Below, in pieces: positions 47,907 through 57,507 of a DNA stretch of 64,000 nt (positions are counted from its first letter, which is position 1; each line of letters opens with the position of its first letter). Under the pieces are notes generated by a model. The model saw only the letters and a list, made by a program, of their open reading frames with translations. It searched no databases and had not been told where the DNA came from. A program made the translations under genes and the position numbers. Source of the stretch: Alphaproteobacteria bacterium (lineage in GTDB: Bacteria; Pseudomonadota; Alphaproteobacteria; RF32; CAG-239); assembly GCA_017467515.1 (NCBI GenBank), contig JAFUSU010000028.1:128399-192398 (forward strand), in the 5' to 3' direction.

Positions 47907-48916
47907 TTCATTTTGCATATCCGGAATTGGGCTTGGTATTGCTGTGTTTGCCGGCGTTTGTTTACTATTTTTTACCACCGGTAAAAGGGATTCACGGCGA
48001 TGCGCTGAGAGTTCCTTTTATCAATGATTTAAAAGCAATTACACTGAAATCAGGTCACTTATGGACGAGTCACGGTATGACTTCCGGACGATTGTCAAAA
48101 GTATCAAAATATTTGCTGTGTATCACATATATCTTATTAGCCGTCGCGGTCGCACGTCCCCGCTGGGTTGGAGAACCGATTAAAATAAAAAATGAAGGAC
48201 GAGATATTTTATTGGTGTTGGACATTTCAACATCTATGTTGGAAAGAGATTTTACTTTAAACGGTAGAAGAATGAGCCGTCTTCAGGCGGTTAAAATAGC
48301 AGCTTCGGAATTTATAGATAAGCGTCGAGATGATCGTATCGGTTTGATTCTGTTTGGAACAAGGGCTTATTTGCAATCTCCCGTGACTTTTGATAAAGAA
48401 GCCGTCAAAAATATTTTAGTTTCAATGGATGCCGGTATGGCCGGCAACTCAACATCTATCGGTGATGCTCTGGGGTTGGCTCTTAAATCTCTGAGAAAAG
48501 ATAAAAATAAAGATAATAAAATTATTATTTTACTTAGCGACGGCGAAAACAATGATGGTAGTTTAAGTCTGCCTCAGGCAATAAATTTGGCAAAAAATGA
48601 AAATATTAAAATATATACGATAGGTGTCGGTAATTCGGCGAATTTTATCCAATCTATTTTAAGCTATAAAATGCCTTTACCCGGAGGCGTCGATGAAACG
48701 GGATTAAAAGCTATTGCAGAGGAGGCCGGCGGACGCTATTTTCGTGCAGAAAATACGGATGGCTTATTAAAAATATATGAGGCAATTAATCGGCTGGAGC
48801 CTCAAAGCCATGAAGATAGTTACGTTCAAGAAATAAAGGAATATTATTATGTTCCATTGCTTGGCGCATTCATAATAAGCCTGTTGTTAATGATTATAAA
48901 GAGGAGAAAGGCTTAA
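47903..48916 (+). CDS. batA: vWA-domain membrane protein BatA
   Basis: N-terminal TM pair, vWA with MIDAS DxSxS (VLDISTSM) ... ILLSDGENN, C-terminal TM. Confidence 0.8.
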   Translation: MIHFAYPELGLVLLCLPAFVYYFLPPVKGIHGDALRVPFINDLKAITLKSGHLWTSHGMTSGRLSKVSKYLLCITYILLAVAVARPRWVGEPIKIKNEGRDILLVLDISTSMLERDFTLNGRRMSRLQAVKIAASEFIDKRRDDRIGLILFGTRAYLQSPVTFDKEAVKNILVSMDAGMAGNSTSIGDALGLALKSLRKDKNKDNKIIILLSDGENNDGSLSLPQAINLAKNENIKIYTIGVGNSANFIQSILSYKMPLPGGVDETGLKAIAEEAGGRYFRAENTDGLLKIYEAINRLEPQSHEDSYVQEIKEYYYVPLLGAFIISLLLMIIKRRKA

Positions 48917-48917
48917 A

Positions 48918-50627
48918 ATGCAAGAGTTTATTGAAAATTTTCATTTTTTAAGGCCTTGGTTTTTGTTTTTATTGATTGTGCCGTTGGTCTTGTATAAGTA
49001 CTGCTACAATCGTTTAAATACCGTATCTTCTTGGGAAAAGGTTTGTGATAAAAATTTGCTGGATTTTTTATTGATAAAAGGTTCGTCTTTGCAACGTCGG
49101 TTGATTTTTTATATTTGTGAATTAGGCTTGATAAGCAGTATAATAGCGGCATCCGGTCCAAGTTGGATAAAGCAGGAAGCAGAAAGTCTGGTTGCGGAAA
49201 ATCCGTTGCTGATTTTGTTGAATATGTCATCGGATATGATGGAAAAAGATGTTACCCCGAATAGACTTACCCGTGCGAAATACGCAATATCCGATTTATT
49301 GTCTGATGTTAAACAGGGCCAAAAGGGATTGATTGTATATTCCGGTGAGCCGTTTTTGATTACACCGATTACGGAAGATGCACAGATTATTGAAAATATA
49401 TTGCATAGTATTGATTTTAGCATAATGCCCGAAAACGGTGATCGATTGAATTTGGCTGTCGATTTAGCTTTGGAAAGTTTACAAAACGGAAATTGGCAAC
49501 AGGGGCAAATTATTATTTTTGCTGCGGATGTCGGGCAAAATTTTTCACAAGCCCTGCAGCAAGTTTCAAAAGCTGCATCACAAGGATATACTGTAAATGT
49601 TGTCAATGTCGGGACAAAGGAGAGCAACAAGTTAAAAAAAGTGGCAGAAAAAGGGAAGGGCACATACTATAAGATAAACCAAATCAATCTGCTGGCGCAA
49701 TATATACAAAAACAACAGATTGACAAGGTGAAAGCTTCTCGAAATAAAATAACTCAATGGCTCGATGAGGGATATTATTTAAGTATTATACCGTTACTTT
49801 GTTGTTTATACCTGTTTCGTCGCGGTATTTTTTGTATTTTGTTTTTATTAATGATGACCGCGCCCGCCTCGGCCGGATTCTTCTTAAACGGTGATCAGGA
49901 AGGATTAAAAGCGTATCAACAACAAGATTATAAAAAAGCGGTTCAGTCTTTTCAAAATTCGGCATGGCAGGCATCCGGCTACTATCGTCTGCAGGAATAT
50001 GATAAAGCTTATCAAAAATTTTCCGAAAAAAATGATGTTGAAAGCCTGTATAATCAGGGAAATGCCTTAGCTAAAATGGGAAAAATAGAAGATGCAATTA
50101 AAAAGTATGAAGAAGTCTTAAAACAAGTTCCTGAGCATAAAGATGCTAAGTTTAATCTGGAATATTTAAAGCAACAGCAAAATAATTCATCAAGTTCATC
50201 TGATAACGAAAATAAAGATGATGATGATCAGAATCAATCTGAAAAAGAAAAATCATCTTCAGAGTCAAGTGATAAAAATCAAAGTAAAGAGCAAGAGCAA
50301 AATTCACAATCTGACCAAGAGAAAACGCAGAATCAAGAGCAAAATCAGTCTGATCAACAAAATCAAACAGACCAAGACGAACAGCCGCAAAACAGTCAAA
50401 CGAACAAGCAGGAACAAAAAGAAGCAGGACAAGAACAAAATAAACAAGATGAAAAACAGCAAAATTCAGAAGGGACCTTGCAAAACAATAATGGTGATAA
50501 TAAATATAATGAAGAAGTGCAAGCAAGAGAAATGCAATACCGTGAAATTCCTGAAGATCCGGGAGGATTACTGAGAATTTTTATTGCCAAAGAATATCTT
50601 AAAAACAGATACGCAAAGGACAAGTAA
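48918..50627 (+). CDS. batB: BatB-BatC-like fusion: vWA domain + TPR repeats + ~110-aa polyacidic Ser/Asp/Glu/Gln-rich tract
   Basis: vWA region (LILLNMSSDM ... IIIFAADVG), TPR segment (SAWQASGYYRLQEYDKAYQKF...YNQGNALAKMGKIEDAIKKYEEVLK), then low-complexity acidic tract and conserved C-terminal EDPGGLLRIFIAKEY. Confidence 0.75.
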   Translation: MQEFIENFHFLRPWFLFLLIVPLVLYKYCYNRLNTVSSWEKVCDKNLLDFLLIKGSSLQRRLIFYICELGLISSIIAASGPSWIKQEAESLVAENPLLILLNMSSDMMEKDVTPNRLTRAKYAISDLLSDVKQGQKGLIVYSGEPFLITPITEDAQIIENILHSIDFSIMPENGDRLNLAVDLALESLQNGNWQQGQIIIFAADVGQNFSQALQQVSKAASQGYTVNVVNVGTKESNKLKKVAEKGKGTYYKINQINLLAQYIQKQQIDKVKASRNKITQWLDEGYYLSIIPLLCCLYLFRRGIFCILFLLMMTAPASAGFFLNGDQEGLKAYQQQDYKKAVQSFQNSAWQASGYYRLQEYDKAYQKFSEKNDVESLYNQGNALAKMGKIEDAIKKYEEVLKQVPEHKDAKFNLEYLKQQQNNSSSSSDNENKDDDDQNQSEKEKSSSESSDKNQSKEQEQNSQSDQEKTQNQEQNQSDQQNQTDQDEQPQNSQTNKQEQKEAGQEQNKQDEKQQNSEGTLQNNNGDNKYNEEVQAREMQYREIPEDPGGLLRIFIAKEYLKNRYAKDK

Positions 50628-50629
50628 GA

Positions 50630-52387
50630 ATGAGAAAAATTATTAAAATTCTGGTCTGTATTCAATTGTTATGGAGCAGTAATGTTTGGGCACAAAATCT
50701 CAAGGCCTACGCAAACAGGACAGAGGTTCCGCAAGGAGAAACATTTATACTTACCTTGGAAACAGATGATGATAAGACAAGTGATTCACCTGATTTAAGT
50801 GTTTTAGAAAAAGATTTTAACGTATACTCCGTTGGTAGTGCTTTTCAGAGTAGTTATGTTAACGGAAAAACCAGTCATTCTCGCCAGTGGCAAATTGTAT
50901 TAATGCCCAAAAATTCGGGAAAAATTGAAATTCCGGCCATCAAGGTCGGTTCAATGCAGTCAGAGCCGATTGTTTTAAATGTTGCCTCAGCACAATTGGC
51001 AAAACAAGCACAAAAGGCTGATGAAACAGCACAAAAGCCAAGTTTTGCCGTTGATTCGGAAATTGATAATAAAAATCCGTATGTTCAGCAACAAGTCAAT
51101 TATAGCTTTAAAATCTACGACACCGGTGGTTTGAACGGAGATGCTCCGGTATTAATGGATAACGGTCACAATGATTGGGTTGTTAAAAGTTTAGGTTCAC
51201 CGGAAGTCAAAAGCAAAGTTATTAACGGCAGACAATTGCGAGAGATTACCTTTAAATACGCTTTGTTTCCGCAAAAAAGCGGCATCTTAAAAACACCGGA
51301 ATTCGAATTTAACGGATACTATTTAACACGGAGTCGTAGAGGCAGTGAACCTTTTGATGATATATTTAACAGTGGCTTTTTCAAAATGGGCTTTACGGAT
51401 ATGTTTGCAACGCGGAATCCTGTTGTTTTGCGGACGGAATCAATTGATGTTGAAGTTAAGCCTGTTCCTGCGGCAAACGGTGGCTATTGGTGGTTGCCGG
51501 CCTCTCAAGTTTCTTTAAGCGCGGAATGGGAAAACAAAAATCCGATATTTCGCGTTGGAGAAGCTGTCAGTCGATCAGTTTATTTGAAGGCATCAGGCGT
51601 GATGGAAACGCAATTGCCAGATGTCAAATTTGAGGAAATTGCAGGGGCAAAACAATATCCTGAAAACCCGGTGGCTATGAGCTCGGAAAACAACGGCACA
51701 ATAATTTCCGTTAAAAAATTCAGTAATGTCTATATTCCTGAGCAGAGCGGAGAAATGATAATTCCTGAAGTGAGTATCGATTGGTTTAATACCCATAGCG
51801 GAAAAATTGAAAAAGCGATCTTACCGGCTCAAAAAGTTATGGTCTTTCCTGCCGTAGCCGGTGCAGAAACTTCAATGACGGAAACTTCTGAAATTGTGCC
51901 GATAGAGCCAAAGGAAACTGATGTTCCCGTATCGTATGAAAATTCTCAGAAACAAATAAACGGAATGCTGAAAAGTCAATGGCTGACAGGATTGTGGATT
52001 GCTTTAGCTTTTGTCTTAGGCTTGTTATTCAGTTACTTATTGTTTGGTCGTCGTGTTTCGTCAGAAAAGCACCATAATGTTTCTTTTTATGTTAAGCAAA
52101 TAGAAAAAAATGCACGACGTGAAGACTATAAAGCATTGAGAAACAGCCTTTTAGAATGGGCAAAAGCGGTATATTCCGAAGTTGTAATTTCAAATTTGGA
52201 TGATGTAACGGCTCAAGTAAAAGAAAAAGAATTGAAAGAGCAGATAGAGCAAATCGGAACGGCGCTCTACTCGCCAAAAAAGAGTGATTTTAAATCAGAT
52301 GCTTTTATTAAAGCTTTTCAGTCGGAGATGAAAAAGCAAAAGAAAAATAAGAAAAAAGCAGAGCCTTTACCGAAGCTGTATAAATAA
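50630..52387 (+). CDS. batD: BatD-like protein (oxygen tolerance family)
   Basis: Signal peptide, large periplasmic beta-rich region, C-terminal TM (LTGLWIALAFVLGLLFSYLLFG) and basic tail; follows batA-batB. Confidence 0.7.
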   Translation: MRKIIKILVCIQLLWSSNVWAQNLKAYANRTEVPQGETFILTLETDDDKTSDSPDLSVLEKDFNVYSVGSAFQSSYVNGKTSHSRQWQIVLMPKNSGKIEIPAIKVGSMQSEPIVLNVASAQLAKQAQKADETAQKPSFAVDSEIDNKNPYVQQQVNYSFKIYDTGGLNGDAPVLMDNGHNDWVVKSLGSPEVKSKVINGRQLREITFKYALFPQKSGILKTPEFEFNGYYLTRSRRGSEPFDDIFNSGFFKMGFTDMFATRNPVVLRTESIDVEVKPVPAANGGYWWLPASQVSLSAEWENKNPIFRVGEAVSRSVYLKASGVMETQLPDVKFEEIAGAKQYPENPVAMSSENNGTIISVKKFSNVYIPEQSGEMIIPEVSIDWFNTHSGKIEKAILPAQKVMVFPAVAGAETSMTETSEIVPIEPKETDVPVSYENSQKQINGMLKSQWLTGLWIALAFVLGLLFSYLLFGRRVSSEKHHNVSFYVKQIEKNARREDYKALRNSLLEWAKAVYSEVVISNLDDVTAQVKEKELKEQIEQIGTALYSPKKSDFKSDAFIKAFQSEMKKQKKNKKKAEPLPKLYK

Positions 52388-52388
52388 T

Positions 52389-52424
52389 AAAAAATCCCTT
52401 GGCAGAAACCAAGGGATTTTTTTC
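52389..52424. terminator. Bidirectional terminator between batD and convergent ftsI
   Basis: aaaatcccttgg-cagaaa-ccaagggatttt with T-runs on both strands. Confidence 0.8.
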
Positions 52425-52430
52425 TCGGAT

Positions 52431-54200
52431 CTATTTTTTCTTAACCGTATAAGCGGCATTAATAATTCTCTCCCGACGGGATTCTGATAAGTCATTATTA
52501 GCGGGCAAATTTAATTGTGGGGCAATGGCCGTGATGATTTTTCCGGCCGTCGGAACCGTGTTCCAACCGGAGGTGACAAATCCCCAAGTTTCTTTAGTTG
52601 CTTTAGGTTCATCCATCATTAAATATAAAGCATATTTCGGGTCTGAAACAGGAAATGTCGCTAAAAAGGAAGTCATAACTTTCTTATCAATATAACGCCC
52701 GTTAATTAACTTTTGAGCCGTTCCTGTTTTGCCGGCAACTTCATAACCTGCAATATTTGCACGTTTACCGGAACCTTCAACCACAACACCACGTAACAAT
52801 TTACGCATTTGCATAGAGGTGTTATAAGACATTGTTCGATGGGATGCTAATTTTTTATGGTTTTTAACTAAGGTCGGTTGAAAATAGGTGCCGCCGTTAA
52901 CAACGGAAGCAAAAGCCGAAATCAAATGCAACGGGGTGACGGAAATGCCGTAACCATAGCCGACGGTAGCGGTGGTTGATTCGTTCCATCTCTTTTCACT
53001 CGGAATAAGAGGAATCCCTTTTTCTGTCACTTCAATAGAGGAAATCGGTTTGAAAAAGCCCAAATTATCAAGAAAACGACGTTGCTCATTTTTACCAACT
53101 TTCAAAGCAATGCGGGCGGATCCGATATTTGACGAGTAAATTAAAATTTCAGGTAAATCAAGCCAACGATTTTCACCGCGGTAATCTTTAATGACGTTAT
53201 AGCGCAATTTCAAGGGCTGCGTAGCATCGAATTTATCCGTAATTTTTACTTTTCCGCTTTCCAAACCAAGTGCGGCGTTAAAAATCTTTAAAACGGATCC
53301 GGGTTCATAAACGCCTTTCGTTGTAAAGTTAAATTGAGCGCGCTCTGAAATGTTATTAAAAGAGTTAGGATCATAATCCGGCAAAGAAATCATTGATAAG
53401 ATTTCACCGGTTCGAACATCCATCAAAATAGCCGAAGCACCTTCCGCATTAAATTTTTTGACAGCCTCGGCAAGCTCGGTGCGGATTGTATCTTGCAAAC
53501 CGGCATCAATTGTTAAAGTTAAAGGAATGTCCGATTGGCTTAAACGAGAATCCAATTGTTTTTCAATGCCTGAAATTCCTTCATTGTCAATATTGGTGGC
53601 ACCGATGATATGAGCAAACAAATTCTTATGCGGGTAAATGCGTTTTTCACTTTTTTCAAATTCTAAACCGGGGATACCTAAGGCATTAATCTGATATTGC
53701 TGAGAGGGTGTCAGGTTGCGTTTAAGATAAACAAATTTATTTTTTCGATCTATTTTTCTGAAAATTTCATCATAAGACATATCTGTTAAGATGAGAGCCA
53801 ATTTTTGGGCAACAAGCGCTTTTCCTCTGATTTTATGGGGTTGCGCATAAAGATGAACAGTCGGGAGTGATGTGGCGATAATCGTGCCGTTACGATCTAA
53901 AATATCAGCACGTTTAATGGGGTTTGATGTATATTTAAGAACATCCTTAAAATCATTATCATCAAGAGCGTAGGAGGCGGAAGGAGTCAGCTCTTGCGCT
54001 TGTAAAACGCATAAATCAAATAATCGAATTGTCAAAACAGTATAAACAAAGAAAAACGCGGCAGATGCCAAGGCAACACGCGCTCTTACCGAATTAAGCG
54101 AATCTTTTTCATAAAAATGATTGCTACGATCAATGCGTATCTCTTCACCGGGGTGATAGAAATGCGCTTTTTCTCTATGGAACAAATACTTTCCCAACAT
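52431..54200 (-). CDS. ftsI: Peptidoglycan D,D-transpeptidase FtsI (PBP3)
   Basis: N-terminal TM, PBP dimerisation domain, transpeptidase motifs S..K (GSVLK), SSN (YSSNIG), KTG (AGKTGTA). Confidence 0.9.
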   Translation of the reverse strand: MLGKYLFHREKAHFYHPGEEIRIDRSNHFYEKDSLNSVRARVALASAAFFFVYTVLTIRLFDLCVLQAQELTPSASYALDDNDFKDVLKYTSNPIKRADILDRNGTIIATSLPTVHLYAQPHKIRGKALVAQKLALILTDMSYDEIFRKIDRKNKFVYLKRNLTPSQQYQINALGIPGLEFEKSEKRIYPHKNLFAHIIGATNIDNEGISGIEKQLDSRLSQSDIPLTLTIDAGLQDTIRTELAEAVKKFNAEGASAILMDVRTGEILSMISLPDYDPNSFNNISERAQFNFTTKGVYEPGSVLKIFNAALGLESGKVKITDKFDATQPLKLRYNVIKDYRGENRWLDLPEILIYSSNIGSARIALKVGKNEQRRFLDNLGFFKPISSIEVTEKGIPLIPSEKRWNESTTATVGYGYGISVTPLHLISAFASVVNGGTYFQPTLVKNHKKLASHRTMSYNTSMQMRKLLRGVVVEGSGKRANIAGYEVAGKTGTAQKLINGRYIDKKVMTSFLATFPVSDPKYALYLMMDEPKATKETWGFVTSGWNTVPTAGKIITAIAPQLNLPANNDLSESRRERIINAAYTVKKK

Positions 54201-54235
54201 AGTGCTTCTTTGCCTTAATAAATAATATGTCTGGC

Positions 54236-54625
54236 TTAGCGCTGGGCTTTAACTAAATGTTTCAGTTCCTTATTGCGTGCAGCCTGACGGTTAATATTCT
54301 GTTGAGCAACGATTCGGCGATTCTCCTTACGATTCTCATAAGAGAATGGTAACTCAGAATAGTTAATAATTTGTTCAGCTCGCACCGGATTTAAAGAAAT
54401 ATGTTTGGAAGCCAAGCTACGCAACCTTTGCGGAGAGTTCAAATGGCTCCATTCGGCTTTTAAGACGTGAATCGACTTAACATCTTCCTGAATAGAAGCA
54501 TTAATACGATTAAGTTCGCCCTCTAAGGCCTGCACCTGATTTTTTAAAACAAACATTCCAACGCCAACGAAAGCGGTCATTGTAATCAGAATGCTCAGTT
54601 TTGCTGTATCGGTACTATTCATCAA
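54236..54625 (-). CDS. ftsL: Cell division protein FtsL-like
   Basis: 129 aa, single TM + coiled coil, positioned between rsmH and ftsI. Confidence 0.7.
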   Translation of the reverse strand: MMNSTDTAKLSILITMTAFVGVGMFVLKNQVQALEGELNRINASIQEDVKSIHVLKAEWSHLNSPQRLRSLASKHISLNPVRAEQIINYSELPFSYENRKENRRIVAQQNINRQAARNKELKHLVKAQR

Positions 54626-55563
54626 GCGTTCCTTTCTGGCTCGTTGTTAGTTTTGACAGCGCGGCGCAATTTCGCAGAGCGAGATCTCGGATTAACGGAT
54701 AATTCTTGTTCCGAAGGTGTTATCGCTTTAGAAACATCTGTCAGCGCAATACTGTCGGTTACGGTGTTTTGTGGTAAATAACGTGAGACATTTGCGTTAT
54801 TTCCGGATTGTTCTCTGAAGAAGTTTTTAACAATTCTGTCTTCAAGAGAATGGAAAGAAACCACCACAATTCTTCCCTGTGGTTTTAAAAGCGAAACAGC
54901 AGATTTCAGACCGTTTTCCAACTCATCAAGCTCGTGATTAACAGCTATTCGTAAAGCTTGAAAAGTTCTGGTTGCCGGATCAATACTGTTAGGTGTTTTA
55001 TGTAAAACCGAATAAATGATTTCAGCAAGCTCCGTTGTCGTTTCAATAGGTTTGTTGCGACGATAAGCGGCAATTTTAGACGCGATTTGACGGGATTTAC
55101 GTTCTTCGCCGTATTTATAAATCAAATCGGCCAAATCTCGCTCATCCGTTTGATTGACAATATCAGCAGCTGTTCGACCGCTGCAAGACATTCTCATATC
55201 TAAAGGAGCTGTTTTAGAAAAAGAAAATCCGCGTTCCGGCTGATCCAGTTGCATAGAAGACACACCAATATCAAACATAAAGCCGTCAACCGAAGATTGT
55301 ATTAAATCGGAAATCTGCCCGAAACATCCTTGTTTAAATTCAAAACGTGTCCCGTAAATATCTTGTAATTCTTTTGCTCTCGGTAAAACGGTCGGATCCC
55401 TGTCAATAGCAATAACCTTACAATTCGCAGCCCTCAGAACGGCTTCGGTATAACCGCCGTTCCCGAAAGTAGCATCAACATAAACTTCTCCGTCACGAGG
55501 TGCCAAATTTTGCAAAACTTCAGGCAACATAACAGGAAAATGTTTTTGGTAAGATGCCTGCAT
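54622..55563 (-). CDS. rsmH: 16S rRNA (cytosine1402-N4)-methyltransferase RsmH (MraW)
   Basis: H.PV(M)L.E....L.......Y(V)D.TFG.GG(Y/H)(T/S) N-terminus, SFHSLEDR(I/V)VK motif. Confidence 0.93.
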   Translation of the reverse strand: MQASYQKHFPVMLPEVLQNLAPRDGEVYVDATFGNGGYTEAVLRAANCKVIAIDRDPTVLPRAKELQDIYGTRFEFKQGCFGQISDLIQSSVDGFMFDIGVSSMQLDQPERGFSFSKTAPLDMRMSCSGRTAADIVNQTDERDLADLIYKYGEERKSRQIASKIAAYRRNKPIETTTELAEIIYSVLHKTPNSIDPATRTFQALRIAVNHELDELENGLKSAVSLLKPQGRIVVVSFHSLEDRIVKNFFREQSGNNANVSRYLPQNTVTDSIALTDVSKAITPSEQELSVNPRSRSAKLRRAVKTNNEPERNA

Positions 55564-56030
55564 TAATTATTCTCCTTCGCAAATGTCAGAGAAGGACGAT
55601 TTTTGAGGGCATCGTTACGAATCCGAGCTTCTTCTTTTGCCCAATTTTCAGGGTTCCAAATTTGAAATTTTCTGCCTTTACCGACAAAAACGGCAGAATC
55701 GGTAATTTGAGCGTGTTTTAATAATTTTTCGGTTAAAACAATACGTCCTGTAGAATCAAATCCAAACTTACGAGCATCGCCAAAAATAAGATTGGTAAGA
55801 TTGTCTTGTGCTTGAGAAAAAAAGTCGAGAGAATTTTCCATCTCAGAGGCAAGTTTTGCCAATAAATTTTCTGTACACCCTTCAATGCAGGGGGCTGTAA
55901 GACTACGGTAGCAAACAATATCGGTTGATAATTCTTTAACGATTTCACGATAATCTGCAGGCAAAGAAACACGGCCTTTTGTATCGACCTTGTTGGTTAT
56001 TGTATCTAAAAAGAGAAAAACTTTTCCCAT
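55563..56030 (-). CDS. mraZ: Transcriptional regulator MraZ
   Basis: Duplicated DxxxR-type modules (VDTKGRVSLP ... FDSTGRIVL). Confidence 0.9.
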   Translation of the reverse strand: MGKVFLFLDTITNKVDTKGRVSLPADYREIVKELSTDIVCYRSLTAPCIEGCTENLLAKLASEMENSLDFFSQAQDNLTNLIFGDARKFGFDSTGRIVLTEKLLKHAQITDSAVFVGKGRKFQIWNPENWAKEEARIRNDALKNRPSLTFAKENN

Positions 56031-56059
56031 TTTTTGCCACCTGTTTATGAAATCCTATG

Positions 56060-56100
56060 TTTTATGGTATAACATGGGAAAATATGGTAATCAATGGATT
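56060..56100. promoter_or_regulatory. Putative MraZ-box array: four ATGGN direct repeats at exact 10-bp phasing upstream of mraZ
   Basis: atggtataac atgggaaaat atggtaatca atggattttt (56063, 56073, 56083, 56093). Confidence 0.4.
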
Positions 56101-56245
56101 TTTTTAGTAATTTGTTAACAGTTCTTGTTTTGTTCTTAATGAAAAACGTTAAAGACGGAACTGGTAAAGGGTTATAAAAAAATAAAAATTTTTTAAAAAT
56201 ATCTGAATAATTATTGAATTTATTTCCAAATGTATTAATCTCAGA

Positions 56246-56626
56246 GCCTAAGGCAGTCGGATAGCTGCGCTTTGGAATGGAAAATCCAAAAGTGAGGAAA
56301 GTCCGAGCATCAAAGGAACAAAACACCGGATAACGTCCGGCTGGAGCAATCCACGGGAAAGTGCCACAGAAAAGTACCGCCTGTTTACAGGTAAGGTTGA
56401 AAAGGCGAGGTAAGAGCTCACCGCGATAACTGCAAAGTTATCGGCAAGGTAAACCCTGTTTGATGCAAGACCAAGTTAGGGGAGTATTGCTTGCAATATT
56501 ATACGGAGTGTTCCTAATCCACCCCAGAGGTAGGTCGCAACAAGCCGAATGGAAACATTCGGATCAGATGAATAGCTATCCCCTGTTTCGGCAGGGACAG
56601 AACTCGGCTTACAGACTGCCTTATTT
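56246..56626 (+). ncRNA. rnpB: RNase P RNA (bacterial type A)
   Basis: P1 pairing aaggcagtc (56250-56258) / gactgcctt (56614-56622); universally conserved GGAAAGUCCG block, P4 elements, ACAGAA(A)... and GGUAAG...AGAGC...GG(U)AAAC motifs. Confidence 0.85.
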
Positions 56627-56643
56627 TGCCAAAGGAGAATCAA

Positions 56644-57498
56644 ATGCAACACACGCTTAAAAGATCTTTAGAAATAGAAGGAATTGGCTTACATTCCGGT
56701 TGCTCGGTTAAATTGGTTATTAAACCGGCTTCCGAAAACAGCGGTATTATTTTTAAACGGGTTGATTTAACCGCTCAGCCGGAGATAAAAGCTCTTTATT
56801 CTAACGTGGTAGATACTCGAAATTGCACTTGTTTGGGAGATAAAGAAGGTCATTTGGTCAGCACAATAGAACATTTAATGGCAGCTTTGCGTGTGAGCGG
56901 TGTTGATAATGCTCTTATTGAAACAAATAATCAGGAATTACCGATTATGGACGGGAGTGCCAAGCTGTTTTACGAAAAACTTTCTGCCGCAGATTTGGTT
57001 GAACAAAAAGCACCTCGCCAAATTTTAAGAATAATAAAAAAAGTTGAATTTAAGGACGACAAAGGGAATAGGGTTAGTTTATCGCCCTTACCGGAAGATA
57101 AATTGCATTTAAAATTCAGCATAGATTTTCCGTCTCCGATTGTCGGACATCAGGTTTTTGATGCAGAATTAACGCCGGATGTTTTTGCATCTTCAATAGC
57201 TCCTTGCCGTACATTTTGTGAAAAGTATCAGGTGGATTATCTTAAATCTATCGGTTTGATTAAAGGCGGAAGCCTTGATAATGCCGTTGTTCTTGATGGC
57301 GATAAAATCTTAAATGAAGGTGGTTTTCGTGTTGAAAACGAGTGCGTTAACCATAAAGTTTTAGACGCTATTGGGGACTTATATACGGCCGGTTATGTAA
57401 TTTACGGTCAATATCAGGCCGACAAGACTGGACACTGGCATAATAATGAGTTATTAAAATTATTGTTTGCAGATTCTGCGAATTATCAAATAGGATAA
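56644..57498 (+). CDS. lpxC: UDP-3-O-acyl-N-acetylglucosamine deacetylase
   Basis: MQHTLKRS..IEGIGLHSG..., HXXXD-type zinc site region; start at 56644 with aaaggag SD (the ORF-track start at 56626 would overlap rnpB). Confidence 0.9.
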   Translation: MQHTLKRSLEIEGIGLHSGCSVKLVIKPASENSGIIFKRVDLTAQPEIKALYSNVVDTRNCTCLGDKEGHLVSTIEHLMAALRVSGVDNALIETNNQELPIMDGSAKLFYEKLSAADLVEQKAPRQILRIIKKVEFKDDKGNRVSLSPLPEDKLHLKFSIDFPSPIVGHQVFDAELTPDVFASSIAPCRTFCEKYQVDYLKSIGLIKGGSLDNAVVLDGDKILNEGGFRVENECVNHKVLDAIGDLYTAGYVIYGQYQADKTGHWHNNELLKLLFADSANYQIG

Positions 57499-57507
57499 GG
57501 AGAAAAT

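Noticed and set aside
50140-50530. Highly repetitive nucleotide stretch (gat/gaa/caa/aat-rich) that could be mistaken for a tandem-repeat or CRISPR-like array
   Set aside because: It is in frame within batB and encodes a polyacidic low-complexity protein tract; there are no regular direct repeats with unique spacers.
56045-56326. 93-aa ORF on the minus strand
   Set aside because: It overlaps the mraZ promoter region and the 5' part of rnpB, has no SD and an AT-rich junk-like translation.
56460-56660. 66-aa ORF on the plus strand
   Set aside because: It lies entirely within the RNase P RNA (rnpB) and its 3' flank, so it is a structured-RNA artefact.
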